The translations under genes and the position numbers were made by a program. A stretch of 64,000 nucleotides of DNA from Octopus vulgaris (Eukaryota), in NCBI GenBank assembly GCA_951406725.2, contig OX597822.1, forward strand, positions 104,904,001-104,968,000. The letters run 5' to 3'. Numbering within the stretch: the first letter of the stretch is position 1; every line of letters starts with the position of its first letter. Below the pieces are notes generated by a model that was not told the origin of the DNA, did not search any database, and worked only from the letters and a program-made list of their open reading frames with translations. Positions 42,622 to 55,634 of this stretch are shown here, one piece after another.

Positions 42622-42932
42622 AGAGCACTCCGTGGGTCCCTGCTGATACGATCCACGGAACAGCTTGCTCGTGAAATTAAGGTGCAAGTAACTGAGCAAT
42701 CCACAGACACGTGTACCCCTAACGTAGTTCTCAGGGAGATTGAGCGTGGCACAGAGTGTGACAAGGCCAGCACTTTGAAATACAAGTACAACTCCTTTTT
42801 GCCAGCTGAGTGGACTGGAGCAAGGTGACATAAAGTGTCTTGCTCAAGGACACAATGCATCGCCGGGAATCGAACTCACGACCTTACAATCGTGAGCCGA
42901 ATGCCCTAACCACTAAGCCGCGCGCCTTCACA
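42622..42932 (-). mobile_element. CORE-headed SINE with a family-B-type 3' half
   Basis: Head matches the 16374 family; 3' half matches the 14465/23762 family. Confidence 0.8.
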
Positions 42933-43114
42933 GGATTGAATCCTCTTTGTGTACCTCCATACGACAATGTAACCTTTAATCTAATGAAGATCTCCTTGAC
43001 CTGAAGAGTAGCCGGCGGTATGTACACTTCGCTTGGACTTTACCACTTCTGAGGTAAAAATCATACGTAACCTAAGTACCCGCATTTTCTTTCTACTCCA
43101 TACCGTAAGTCTTA

Positions 43115-43307
43115 TATATATACAACGGGAAGGTTTACGAAAATAAACAAAAGACGAAGGCAGGTGGAGTACAAACAAACAAATGTATTAGTATGGCGCT
43201 CAGGAATAGAAATAGAACAAGTCTTTCGAGCCTACGCTCTTCGACAGAAAGATACACAGAAAAAAACAAGGAGAGAAAAAAATGTGTGTAGGAGCTAACG
43301 ATCTATC

Positions 43308-43308
<1 letters not shown>
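43115..43308 (-). mobile_element. (TA)n-flanked PLE-pLTR-like island with a degenerate hammerhead
   Basis: Minus strand ctgtcga-a-gagc gtag gctc-GAAA at 43221-43251; core A6 altered and stem III missing. Confidence 0.45.
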
Positions 43309-43345
<37 letters not shown>

Positions 43346-43451
43346 TTGTGTAATACCTATACATATGTATAGCATTTATATACATATATATATATATATA
43401 GCATATATAGAATTTTCACTATATAGAATTTTCACTAAAACGCTACGTTCT

Positions 43452-43778
43452 CAGAGAGTTATAGCCAAAAAATAGCAAAAAAATGGAAAAAAATGATGGC
43501 AAATTTTTTTTGAGAGTTAAAAAAGGATAAAGTTGCGTCCCCTAGACAGTTTGTGGTTCGTGTTTCTGATTCTGGACCCCATGTCGAATTTATCGATTTT
43601 TTTCAGAACTGGGGGAACTTTTCAAAATTTTCGCTGCGTTAGTTTTGAATTATGACATTGGGCTATGTGTGTGTCAAGTTTCATCAGAATCGGTTGAAAG
43701 CCGTGGTCAGGGTGAGGGTACAAGCAAACAGACACACAGAAACACGCACAGACAAACTGCCGTTTATATATAGAGAGA
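43452..43778 (-). mobile_element. Truncated/chimeric Helitron flanked by a 47 bp direct duplication
   Basis: 5' TCTCTCTATATATAAACGGCA (H2-like) plus H1-like internal sequence; flanks 43405-43451 = 43778-43824. Confidence 0.7.
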
Positions 43779-44396
43779 TATAGAATTTTCACTATATAGA
43801 ATTTTCACTAAAACGCTACGTTCTGGGACCGAAAGCAATCACTTTACTCATACAGCCTTTCCTGCTTCTATATTACAGACATGCTTTATAAACAATCCCA
43901 CAGCTCAATGGAGCAGCAACTAGATTTCGTTCATTGTGATTGTGAACCTTTTTCCTTATACGAAAATAAGGAAGAGATACAATATACTCAGAGGAGCTTG
44001 TGGGTAGTAAGAAGCTAGTTTCCTAACCACGGGTTTCCAGCTTCCCATCTTGATTCGTTGCTGCTAATGATGTGGACGTCTTGCGCACCCACGAAACTTC
44101 AAATAATATGGTGGTGTGTTAACCACTTATGAAATACTTAAGACACCAAATGAATGTATTGATTGCGAGTTTGCCTATTCATGTATATATATTAGAAGGT
44201 TTGGAGATCATGTACAGGTATTTTATATTAGAAGAAATGAGGTACTCAGAAATTCGGATGGTTTTATATTTACTGATATTTATTTGTATATTACATGCTT
44301 TTATACATCATATATCATGTATCAGCGCTTTTGTCCATTTTAGTGGGGTTTTCAAATTGAACTAAGTTCTTGGGGAAATTTTGACTATTTATTGTC

Positions 44397-44457
<61 letters not shown>

Positions 44458-44569
44458 GTATTGTTGTATTTGGGGATGGTCATGTTGCCAGTTTAGCCAA
44501 TATATAAACGTATATATATGTATATATATATACATATATATAACTACACATATATATGACTCCCTTCAG

Positions 44570-44892
44570 TAACGAATAACCATGGGATTGCATTTAGAAA
44601 GCTACCCTCCGAGGCAAAGTTCCGGGTAAGGTTGTTTATGGAAAGCCAGCAGTCGTCCATGCATACCAGCCTCCCCTTTCCACGCCACCAATGTTATTCA
44701 AAGGAAAGGCAAAGGGGCCGAAACAGCTTCGGACTAGTGACGTCACAACTCATTTCTACAGCTGAGTGAACTGGAGCAACAGGAAATAAAGTGTCTTGCT
44801 CAAGAATACAGCACACAGCCTAATGCAGAAATCGAACTCATTACCTCATGACTGTGAACCCAACGCTCCAACCACTGAGCCAGGTGCCTTCA
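44570..44892 (-). mobile_element. Diverged CORE-type SINE
   Basis: Similarity to the 16374 copy. Confidence 0.8.
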
Positions 44893-44913
44893 CCATATAT
44901 ATATATATACACG

Positions 44914-45025
<112 letters not shown>

Positions 45026-46151
45026 CAACATATATGTGTGCGAGCGTGTGTGTGTAAATTATAAATATATACATATATATATGTGTATATGTATTTATAT
45101 ATCTGTATACGTATTTCATTCTATCTCTTTACTTCACACTTTTCCCCAGTATATATATATATATATACAGAAGGATAGAGAGAGGGGGAAGCAGACAGAG
45201 AAAGCGGGAGAGAGAGGAAGAGAGAGATGGGAAGAGAAGGAGAGGGAAAGATTTTTAAATTCGGAAATTGCCAACTCAAGCAAGAACTTCCCTCACTCTG
45301 ATCATCTCATACAAGCATGGATGACGTTTACTAAAATCAAAGCAATCGATATGAACGCAGTATGATCAAACAGTTTGTTGTATGACGTTATATATATATC
45401 GACATCGACTGACTCATTGTCAACCGCTTAACCAATATCATCATGATTCAGAAGTAAAGGAGGAGAGGTTATATCTCACCTTTAAGTAGGTGCAGAACAC
45501 TGACTTCTACACATATTGGAATGCTACAACCGTAGAAAGAATTAGAACGGAAATCTGAGCAGATAATTCTTTATTTTCTCAGAGTTCGATAGTTACCAAA
45601 GTAGTGAAGTAGAACTATGAAGTGGAACTATGACCAATAAATTGTTTGTTGTTTTATTTTTATTTTATTTTATTATTTTTACATTTATTAAAAAAAATTC
45701 CTGTAAATCTAGTAGTCATGAGAGCAGATGTTAATTAAGGTAAAAAAATCGTCAGAAAATGAAAATTGCGGCGATCTTCGGAGGTCCACAGAATCAAGCC
45801 AAAAATATCACACATGCATTTAAGAATGTTATATACATACATACATACATACATACATACAAACATGCGTGCGCGTTTGTGGTTTTGCGTGTTTATACAT
45901 ATGTATATGATTAGAAATATGTGTACTCTGAAAGCAACCATAAAGGGCAACAACATCAGTTGACTTCGAGGGCCACCTCCCAAATGTTCTTGGCAATGAC
46001 TGCGAAGACACTGTTAAGAACACTCTTATACAATAATAATAAATTTTTAATCTATAACAGTATAGAGTAATCCATCAGATAAATATATTATTGCTCTTCT
46101 TATGACTGAACATAAAAACAAACATTAATATATACATACATACATATATAT

Positions 46152-46550
46152 GAAAATAATAGTTATCGCCATACTAATATGGCATTCTTATAAAAATAAG
46201 AATAAAGCTGTCCGCTTATTAGCTCCATGAGGCCATCGCCTTAAGTTAGCTATTTGATACACAAACTGTATCCATATAACCTTCGAACAAGGGAGGTCAG
46301 TCGCTCCACACTACTTGACCGGCAGCTACAGACGCGTTTCGGGGTATTGCCCCTTTTCAATGTAGCGTAGCCAGACCAGCCGGTCAAGTAGTGTGGAGCG
46401 ACTGACCTCCCTTGTTCGAAGGTTATATGGATACAGTTTGTGTATCAAATAGCTAACTTAAGGCGATGGCCTCATGGAGCTAATAAGCGGACAGCTTTAT
46501 TCTTATTTTTATAAGAATGCCATATTAGTATGGCGATAACTATTATTTTC
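46152..46550. repeat. Perfect 172 bp inverted repeat with a 55 bp loop, inside a (TA)n-flanked island
   Basis: Arms 46152-46323 and 46379-46550. Confidence 0.95.
46325..46366 (-). ncRNA. Minimal hammerhead ribozyme with a covarying U3-A8 core
   Basis: Minus strand gctaca-TTGAAAA-gggg caata cccc-GAAA-cgcg-TC-tgtagc. Confidence 0.8.
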
Positions 46551-46612
46551 CGGGAACGCTGCCGTTGTTCTCTTTTAGAGAGACTTAGTAATTTTAATAT
46601 TTCTATTACATA

Positions 46613-46682
<70 letters not shown>

Positions 46683-47240
46683 TGTGTTTGCATATATATA
46701 AATGTATGTCTGTATGTATAAGTGTGTGTGTATATATATATATACATCTAATTAGATGTGCATAAGAATATATTTGTATATACATTTATGTACGTATAAA
46801 TACATACCTTTTTCCTTTTATAATTTACTTGTTCCAGTCATTGCATTTCAGGTATACCCGGGCACTGTCTTGCAGGGTAATTACTGAAACGAATTGATTC
46901 TGGGTGCTTTTTATGCTTCTTTTGAAGTACACGTTGTTATTTGTCGGTGTCTAAGCTACGAGTACGAATAGAAAACAATACCGGTTGCCAAACAGTAGCG
47001 GTGGACATATTTGCCATAATTACCTCATTAATTAATCCTAAGGAGTATTTCTGCATTTTGAGGAAGCCTTTGAGCACAGATGCGTTTTGCCATGATGTAC
47101 GGGATGTTCACTTTGATACAAAGACATATATGCACATAGTGTTATACATGCGTACATACATGCATACATGTGGGGGGGTGTTTGTGTGTCCTCTCTCTCT
47201 TTCTGTGTATATATATATGTGTGTGTGTGTGCCCGTGTGC

Positions 47241-47445
47241 AGAGGCGCAATGTCCCAGTGGTTAGGGATGCGGATTCGATTCCCTGACCGGGCGTTGAGT
47301 GTTTATTGAGCGAAAACACCTAAAAGCTCCACTTAGTTCCGGCAGGGGGGGGGGGCGGCGATCCCTGCTGTACTCTTTCGCCACAACTTTCTCTAACTCT
47401 TTCTTCTGTTGGCCTGCTCGCTTAACCAGCGGGGGTGGTGCCAAT
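47241..47445 (+). mobile_element. Truncated SINE family B variant
   Basis: Similarity to the 14465 copy. Confidence 0.75.
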
Positions 47446-47658
47446 TGAATATGTATCTATTTACAACGGGTGTCATTCCCTGTGTACGGATTTGGTAGAC
47501 GGAAATTGAACATGCTGATTGAAGGTCCATGAAAGAAGATATTGGCCGAAGGTGCTACGCAGTCGGACTACACCCAGAACCATCCAGTAAAGTATCAAAG
47601 AACTTGCCATACTCTTATGCTTATATTTACAAATAATTATATATATATATATATATAT

Positions 47659-48040
47659 AAATTATTACATTATATAAAAGGGCTTAGTAGTAAAATAAAT
47701 TACTTTGCCACATACTGAACCCATTAGAAATAGTAGCTAAAAAAACTTTTTTAGAACTATTTCTAATACTTAAAGAAAATCTCTCTCAAATAGTGTTTGC
47801 TCAATTCAACTCACGAAAGTATGGGGTAAAGACATTAAAAAATCAACCTTTGCATTTGATTTTTTAATGTCTTTACCCCCATACTTTCGTGAGTTGAATT
47901 GAGCAAACACTATTTGAGAGAGATTTTCTTTAAGTATTAGAAATAGTTCTAAAAAGTTTTTTTAGCTACTATTTCTAATGAGTTCAGTATGTGGCAAAGT
48001 AATTTATTTTACTAAGCCCTTTTATATAATGTAATAATTT
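47659..48040. repeat. Near-perfect ~187 bp inverted repeat with a 9 nt loop, inside a (TA)n-flanked island
   Basis: Arms 47659-47846 and 47856-48040. Confidence 0.95.
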
Positions 48041-48123
48041 GAATTCGCCTTAAATGGTCCCTTTACATACTGAATACTTGGTGAAATTGATTAATAATTA
48101 ATTAATTTTACCCTCAATTGTTG

Positions 48124-48162
<39 letters not shown>

Positions 48163-48171
<9 letters not shown>

Positions 48172-48408
48172 GAGTGTATTTTTACCTTGTTAACAATTAA
48201 CACGGAAAAAAAAATAGTTACCAGGGCAGCAAAAATCTCACAAGTAAAGGTGTTGTAACTCCTTGTTTATAAAGGTAGAAAGTTCGTGTTTACGTTGAAT
48301 ATTTTGAATAATATATGAATAAATAAATGGAGTTTAACGCAGGTGTAATCAAATATTTTTACTTTCGACACATGTTTCGAAAATTCCACTGATACTTCCA
48401 TTTATTTA

Positions 48409-48412
<4 letters not shown>
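48163..48412 (-). mobile_element. (TA)n-flanked island of the same family as 42381-42557, with the 3' half of the hammerhead only
   Basis: About 80 bp identical to 42380-42460; its left end is the reverse complement of 42526-42557; short inverted right end. Confidence 0.8.
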
Positions 48413-48443
<31 letters not shown>

Positions 48444-48786
48444 TCCATACGTCAACATGTATCGCTTTGCAACAAAGTAGCATTTAAGGTAATCAAGATA
48501 TTCTTGGTCTAAAGAGTAGCCGACGGTATACCCCTCGCTTGGATTTTTACCAATTCTGAGGTTCTGCTCGCCATGAAACATGTGTAGCCCGAATCTTACC
48601 TACTCCATTTCGTAACGAAATGTAAAAAGAACTCTTTTCGGTTTGTCGTACTTCGATACAAAAAAAATCCACAACCTTCCTTCTCAATAAACCACTATTG
48701 TCCCTGAAAGTTTTCTTATATTTACTACGGATTGCTTAAAGCTAACTTTCTTCCTACACTTCGATCCGTAGATCTTACATTTACAC

Positions 48787-48820
<34 letters not shown>

Positions 48821-48949
48821 GCACACACACATGTATGTATGTATGTGTGTGTGCGTGCGTGTGTATGTATGTATGTATGTGTGTGTATATGTATGTGTGT
48901 GGGTGTGTGTATGTATGTATGTATGTGTGTGTGCGTGCGTGCGTGCGTG

Positions 48950-49256
48950 CTGACCATGGTATTGCCCTAGAAAGTTACCCTCCCATGCACAATCCGGGCG
49001 AGGTTGTTTATGGAGAGTCAGCAGTCACCCATGCATACCGGCCTCCCCGATCCACGCCACCAGTGATAAGGCAAAGGGGCCGATACAGCTTGGCACCTGT
49101 GACGTCGCAACTCATTTCCACAGCTAAATGAACTGGAGCAACGTGAAATAAAGTGTCTTGCTCAAGAACACAACACACAGCCCGGTCCAGGATTCGAACT
49201 CACAACCTCACGATCGTAAGCTCGACGCTCTAACCACTGAGCCATGCGCCTTTACA
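48950..49256 (-). mobile_element. CORE-type SINE
   Basis: Similarity to the 16374 copy. Confidence 0.82.
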
Positions 49257-49507
49257 TATGTCTATATTTGTATATAAATGTATATATGTACACACACGCA
49301 CGCACGCTCGCACACACATAAATGAATAGTCAGGCGTACAAATTTCTAGAAAAGATAGTTGGATTAGGCGCACATGTATCGAATATCATTCATCGATTTA
49401 CCGTATTGTTATCAGTTACCCACACATGCATACAAAGCAACTATATATGTATGTGATCATTCGGACAATGTGAATCGATATCGTCTGAAACATCAGACAT
49501 GTGCGCG

Positions 49508-49540
<33 letters not shown>

Positions 49541-49606
49541 GCATACATACATAAATATTTGGTAAACGCAAAGCGGAAAATGGAATTGCAAGAATTTTGT
49601 TTATTA

Positions 49607-49712
49607 ATCACGACAATTGTTTCGGCACATCTAGTATCGATCTCTAACGGCTGAGACAATTTACAACTGGTTCAGGAGCATCCGCCGGTGTACAAGTATC
49701 TCATCGAGTGAT
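49607..49712 (-). ncRNA. Degenerate hammerhead motif with a long stem II
   Basis: Minus strand atcac-TCGATGA-gatac...gtgcc-GAAA-caattg-TC-gtgat; positions 3 and 4 are non-consensus. Confidence 0.55.
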
Positions 49713-49945
49713 AAATAGATACAGTTCTTTAAAATAACAGTTCAGTACTGTATCTTCGCACTTCGTAGAAAGAAAAACAGTAAAACGATGGAAATACCTT
49801 CATATATATATATGCGTATATTATTTTGCAATTTACTTAAACTTCGGTATATTATCGTTATTTTAATATTTCTGTTATATGTAATTTTCTAGATGGTGTA
49901 ATTTAATTGCTCATTTTCAATTGATAAAAGGTGGTTTTGTTTCTA

Positions 49946-50023
<78 letters not shown>

Positions 50024-50044
50024 CATATATACATACATGCACAC

Positions 50045-50158
<114 letters not shown>

Positions 50159-50232
50159 GCATATATACATACATGCACACATGTATATATATATATATAT
50201 ATATATATATGCATATATACATACATGCACAC

Positions 50233-50266
<34 letters not shown>

Positions 50267-50647
50267 TCAGCACGAAGCTATGGGCGCTTGACCGTGGTGC
50301 CACGCAGTGGGACTGAACGCGGAACCATGTGGTTGGGAACCAAGCTTCTTACTACACAGTCACGCCTAGAGTGTTAGAAATAGTGTACAGATATCGTATA
50401 TTGAAAGAAGGAAAAATAAAAGAAGTCGCCAGAATTTGGGGAAAATCTTTATTATTTATTCATTGTTATTAGCGCTACAATACGTTTTTAGAACTTGCCA
50501 AATAAAATTTTGTGAATGTGTAAAGAGGTTGTTCATTTATATAAAACATGTGTTTTTTGTTTTGTTTAGAGAACATTGTTTAGGTTTTTCTGTTTTTTAA
50601 TGGGGGAATGAGATTCCAGGACAATGTAGATAGATAGGTAGATAGAT

Positions 50648-50880
50648 AAGTTTCTTTATTAGCCACACAGGGCTGCACACAGATGGCACAAGTTACAAGG
50701 TAGAGCTTTTCTTTTGGGGGGATGAAAAAAACAAAAAACAAAAAAAAACAAAAGAAACAAAAAAAAAGCTGGCGTGGGTTTTCGATCAAAAGGGATCGTA
50801 AAAGGGAAGAAAAGAAGAAAAAAATAAAAGAAAAAAAAGAAAAAAAAGAAAAAAAGGAAAAGGAACAAAAGAAAAGAGAA
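50648..50880 (-). mobile_element. 3' end of a non-LTR retroelement inserted in a (TAGG/TAGA)n tract
   Basis: Ends ...gcagccctgtgtggctAATAAAgaaac and then the microsatellite; absent from the homologous arm at 55160-55260. Confidence 0.55.
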
Positions 50881-51213
50881 GTAGATAGATAGGTAGATAG
50901 ATAGGTAGGTAGGTAGATAGATAGATACGTAGGTAGGTAGATAGATTGATAGATACGTAGGTAGGTAGGTAGGTAGGTAGGTAGATAGATAGGTAGGTAG
51001 ATAGATAGGTAGATAGATAGGTAGATAGATAGGTAGGTAGATAGATAGGTAGGTAGGTAGATAGATAGATAGGTAGGTAGATAGATAGGTAGGTAGGTAG
51101 ATAGATAGATAGGTAGGTAGATAGATAGGTAGGTAGGTAGATAGATAGATAGGTAGGTAGATAGGTAGGTAGGTAGGTAGGTAGGTAGGTAGGTAGGTAG
51201 GTAGGTAGGTAGG
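50881..51213. repeat. (TAGG)n/(TAGA)n tetranucleotide repeat
   Basis: Direct reading. Confidence 0.97.
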
Positions 51214-51421
51214 TAAGTACAGAGTGGTATAGAGAGGGCGCCCCCTTCAATTTATCATGTATTCACCGTTCATTTAATTATTTATTTATTTAATCATTTA
51301 CCATTGTATTGACATGAGTTCAAGACTGGTGACCTCGCCAAGATATCAGTTCTAGGGAAAATGATGATGGGGAAAATAGAGGAAAAAGGATGGGGTGCAG
51401 TCATCCCTGAAAGCATTTTGC

Positions 51422-51614
51422 ATTTTCCTCTTTTTTCTTTTCCTCTTTTTTCCTTTCCTCTTTTTTCCTTTTTCTCTTTCCTCTTTTTTCCTTTCCTCTT
51501 TTTCCTTTCCTCTTTTTTCCTTTTTCTCTTTTTTCCTTTCCTCTTTTTTCCTTTCCTCTTTTTCCTTTCCTCTTTTTTCTTTTCCTCTTTTTTCCTTTCC
51601 TCTTTTTTCCTTTC
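51422..51614. repeat. Pure polypyrimidine minisatellite (~15 bp unit ttcctcttttttcct)
   Basis: Direct reading. Confidence 0.95.
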
Positions 51615-54313
51615 CAGGTAAGTTCGATTTTATGGCGTAAAAGATGTTGGTTATTCCAGGACTGTGTCTGTTAACGAACCGGAATCGTGTTCTCATTAAC
51701 TTTTTCTTTAGGTGTCCGTAGTTGGGTGATGTTCAGTTTCATCGCCTTTTTTAATTCCCTCATTAATTAATTAATCCTCAGGGGTGTTTCTGCGTTGCGA
51801 AGAAGCCTTCGAGCTCGTTGAGTCGGATTTCATGTATTTTTGGGGTCAGAAACTGTAGTACAAATACGTCTTACCATGCTGAATGGGATGCTTCATTTGA
51901 TGTATAATGGATGGTAAGAGCAGAAATTTAAATATTGATGTGCGTCACTTTTTTGTAAAATATATCTGTTGTGACGGTGGAGTTCAGTATTTTTATTTGG
52001 ATATCCAGGAATGGTAATTTATTGCAACTGGATTCTGCCGTGAATTTGAAGGATGGGTGAAGTGTGTTCAGTATATTGTTAAATATACTTAGGTTCTCCT
52101 TTGATCTTTGCCAAAAGATGAAGCAATCATCAAAGATGCTTTTCCACTTTTTAATGATATATTTCTGGTACTCCTGATCAAAATCTTTCTCTACTTCCTC
52201 ATAAAGTTTTTATTCCAAGTATCTCATGACCAATTTTGCCCATGAGGGTGCAAACTGCGTCCCCATAGCAGTGCCCTTTTATTTGTCGATATGTTTTATT
52301 ATCGAATTTAAAGGTATTTTATTCCTCAACCAAGAGTGTGGCCTCTACCCAGTGTTTGACTGCTTCTAGGCCTAAAGCCTGAGATATGTTGGTATAAACA
52401 TTGGTAACACCAAACTTGTAAGTATAGTACCTACTGGGACATTGGGTGTGATGTGCTGGATGAAATCTATGCCATCCCGTATATAATTGGGTATTAAAGG
52501 GCACAAATGTTTTAGGAGTATATCTAATAAATGACTTAGTTGGTGTGTTGGTGCTTGAGGTCCAGCAACTATGGGTCTCAGTTTGAGGTCGGTCAGCAGG
52601 CCTTAGTATTTTAATGTATTGGTTCTTCTGCTTATTTATGGCACTTTGTACTTCGGAACTTTTGTGGATTTTGGGCAATCCCTAGAAATTGCTCCCTTTG
52701 ATTACAGAGTTGCATTATATAAGCTTTCTCCTTGTCTGTGAAGGAATCTTGGTATTCATTGATTAGTGTTCTGATTTTACTCATTATTTTTTCTGGGTGT
52801 CTCGGTTCTTCCTTGTGTAGTAGGTGTGGTTGTTAAAATTTCCAATATTTATCTTTATAGTAGTCCTTGTTCATGATTACTATCGCACCTCCCTAATCGG
52901 CTTCTTTTACAATGGTTGAGTTGTCATTTTTCAGTGTTAGTAAGGTTTCTTTTTCTTCTTCACGAAGGTTTTATTTGCATCTGTAGGTATTTGGGGGAAA
53001 TTTTGAAATTCTGTCTATAGACACGTCTAAATATTTGTCATTCCCCTAGTAGGGGGTGAAGTGGGATTTATGTTTGACTATTGATTTATCATTTATATCC
53101 TTATTGCCAAATAATTCTATGAGTCGAATGTGGTGGTTAAAATGTTCAGTATCAGATTTCAGTTCAATGAGATTAGGGCTGGGTGTCGGGGTGAACTTCA
53201 AACATTTTAATTGACGGTTCATCTCATTTTTGATGAGGTTTCTATTTGACAAATTTATGATCTTCGAGTCTACGTGTTCTGTGTGCTCATTATAATTTTG
53301 TGTGGCCATTTTATGATTTCGGGGTTCTGCTTCTCATGTAAGCATGGTGTGGTTCATGTTCTTTGTACGAATTCCGTTGCTTATACGTTCTGTTTTCCTC
53401 CCATCTTCTATGTTTCTTGGACCATTCAGGATGTATGGGATTTATGGTTGTAAATCGTAGGTTTCTTGAGTTACTGTAGAGATTTTTCATAGTATGGATT
53501 CTGTGTTGTCCGTATTCTTTTTGTCTTTCTTCCCATGTATTCATCCATCTAGGGTACATGGAATTACGGGTTGGTGGTTGACTATATCTTATTTCTCTTT
53601 CATGTCTTTCCCCCATGAATTTATTCATCTAGGGCGTTTGATATTTTGGGTTGATGGTTGTCCTCTATAGCTCATGTGTTGGCTTATTGCAGCGTTATGT
53701 ATTGCAGAATCTGTTTCTAGTCTGTGCTTGGGGTGAGATGGAGGTCATTTCCACATATGTTCTTGGGTAACTAAGGTTCGATACCTTAGTCCGGTTCCTC
53801 TGTGTTAGGTGTATATGTTTATTTTCGACTTCCTCGTATTTTTTGTTGTTGAGGTGATTTCGTTTTCATAATGGATTTTTCTCCATAGCTTTTTGTTTCT
53901 CTTTTTCATGATTAGTGAACTTTCCACATTGTGATATTTCCCACATTTTTATGGATTTATCTTCTCGCTCTGAGCCTTCTTTCCATAGTTGTTGCAATTT
54001 TTCATGACATTTATTGTCACTTCGTTCGGCGATTTCAGAAAACATAACTGCATCAATAGTTTTTAGTTTCACTTCGTGTCCTATTTTTCGCGATTGAAAG
54101 AAAAAAATTCTGCTTCTAGTCGGCATAAAGCTAGGTTTGCACGTATCATTGTCTCTTCTAGTGATTCACTTCTTATTTCTTTCAGAAGAGATTTTCTGGG
54201 AAGGATTGGGCTTTCTTTACTTCGCCAATTCTGGTAGGTGTTCGCTGTATTGTAACATTTCTAATTCTAAATATAGCTCCAGTACCAGAAACATATACTT
54301 ATCTCTATAAATA

Positions 54314-54316
<3 letters not shown>
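51615..54316 (-). pseudogene. Decayed Penelope-like retroelement (N-terminus, RT and thumb; GIY-YIG domain missing)
   Basis: KIINLSNRNL...LKFTPTP; KEAD*GGAIVIMNK; PKIHK; GTAMGTQFAP; WKSIFDDCF; LPFLDI; SIPFS; many stops and frameshifts; 5' end abuts (TA)n at 54318. Confidence 0.9.
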
Positions 54317-54360
<44 letters not shown>

Positions 54361-54486
54361 CATTTGGATATTCTAACTTTATGTATTTTACTAATTTGTA
54401 AATAATGTACTACTGTTTTTTCATGCAAAAAACATGAAATTACACAGTGCAGACATTCACATATTTCCAAACACCTGAACTCACAG

Positions 54487-54579
<93 letters not shown>

Positions 54580-54616
54580 TATACATACACACACACATAC
54601 ATATATATATATACAT

Positions 54617-54649
<33 letters not shown>

Positions 54650-54964
54650 ATGTAATAAATAAAATATATGCATACATACAAACATATATGTACATATCTA
54701 CATGTATATATACATGCATATATAAATATATATACGTGAGTACAGGACACCGCAACTAGACGTAGAACTCAACGAAAAACTAAAACGGACAAGCCATTTT
54801 TTTACAACAAAAAAACAGAGACGAAACGAAAACGGGAAAAACATTATTTTTTACAACAGAAAAACAAGGTACAGGACAAACCACAAAAGGAAAAAAAAAC
54901 CCTATATATATGCATTTTTATAGAACCTCTTATGATACTTCTGCCACCTTAAGAAAACAAAACA

Positions 54965-55400
54965 GAGAAAAAGGCAAAAATGCTTACAGTGATGACGGCG
55001 CCCCATAATTTTTTCATTATTTTCCCCATTCTAGAACTGACATGAAGAGGTCACCAACCTTGAACTAATGAAAATACAATGGTAAATGACTAAATAAATA
55101 AATATTTAAATAAATTGTTAATACAAGACAAATTGAAGGATGGGCGTCCCTCCTCCCTCTCTCTACTTATCTATCTATCTATGTATGTATCTATCTATCT
55201 ATCTGTCTATCTATCTATCTATCTATCTACCTATTTATCTACCTATCTATCTCCATTATCCTGGAATTTCACCCAACAAAAAAAAAAAAATCAATATTTT
55301 CCCTCTTCTAAACAAAATATAACATATAAATGGAAACCTGTTTGGACATTGACAACATTTTATATCGCAAGTTCGAAAACGAAGGAACGCGTTTATAATA
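54965..55400. repeat. Diverged inverted copy of 50470-51425
   Basis: Reverse complement aligns by eye across both unique segments and the (ATCT)n core. Confidence 0.75.
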
Positions 55401-55447
55401 ATGAATAAATAAAAAGAAATTTTCCAAAATTCTGGTGACCTCCTTAC

Positions 55448-55510
<63 letters not shown>

Positions 55511-55530
55511 GTATTTTTTTTTTTTTTTTT

Positions 55531-55571
<41 letters not shown>

Positions 55572-55578
55572 TATATAT

Positions 55579-55634
<56 letters not shown>

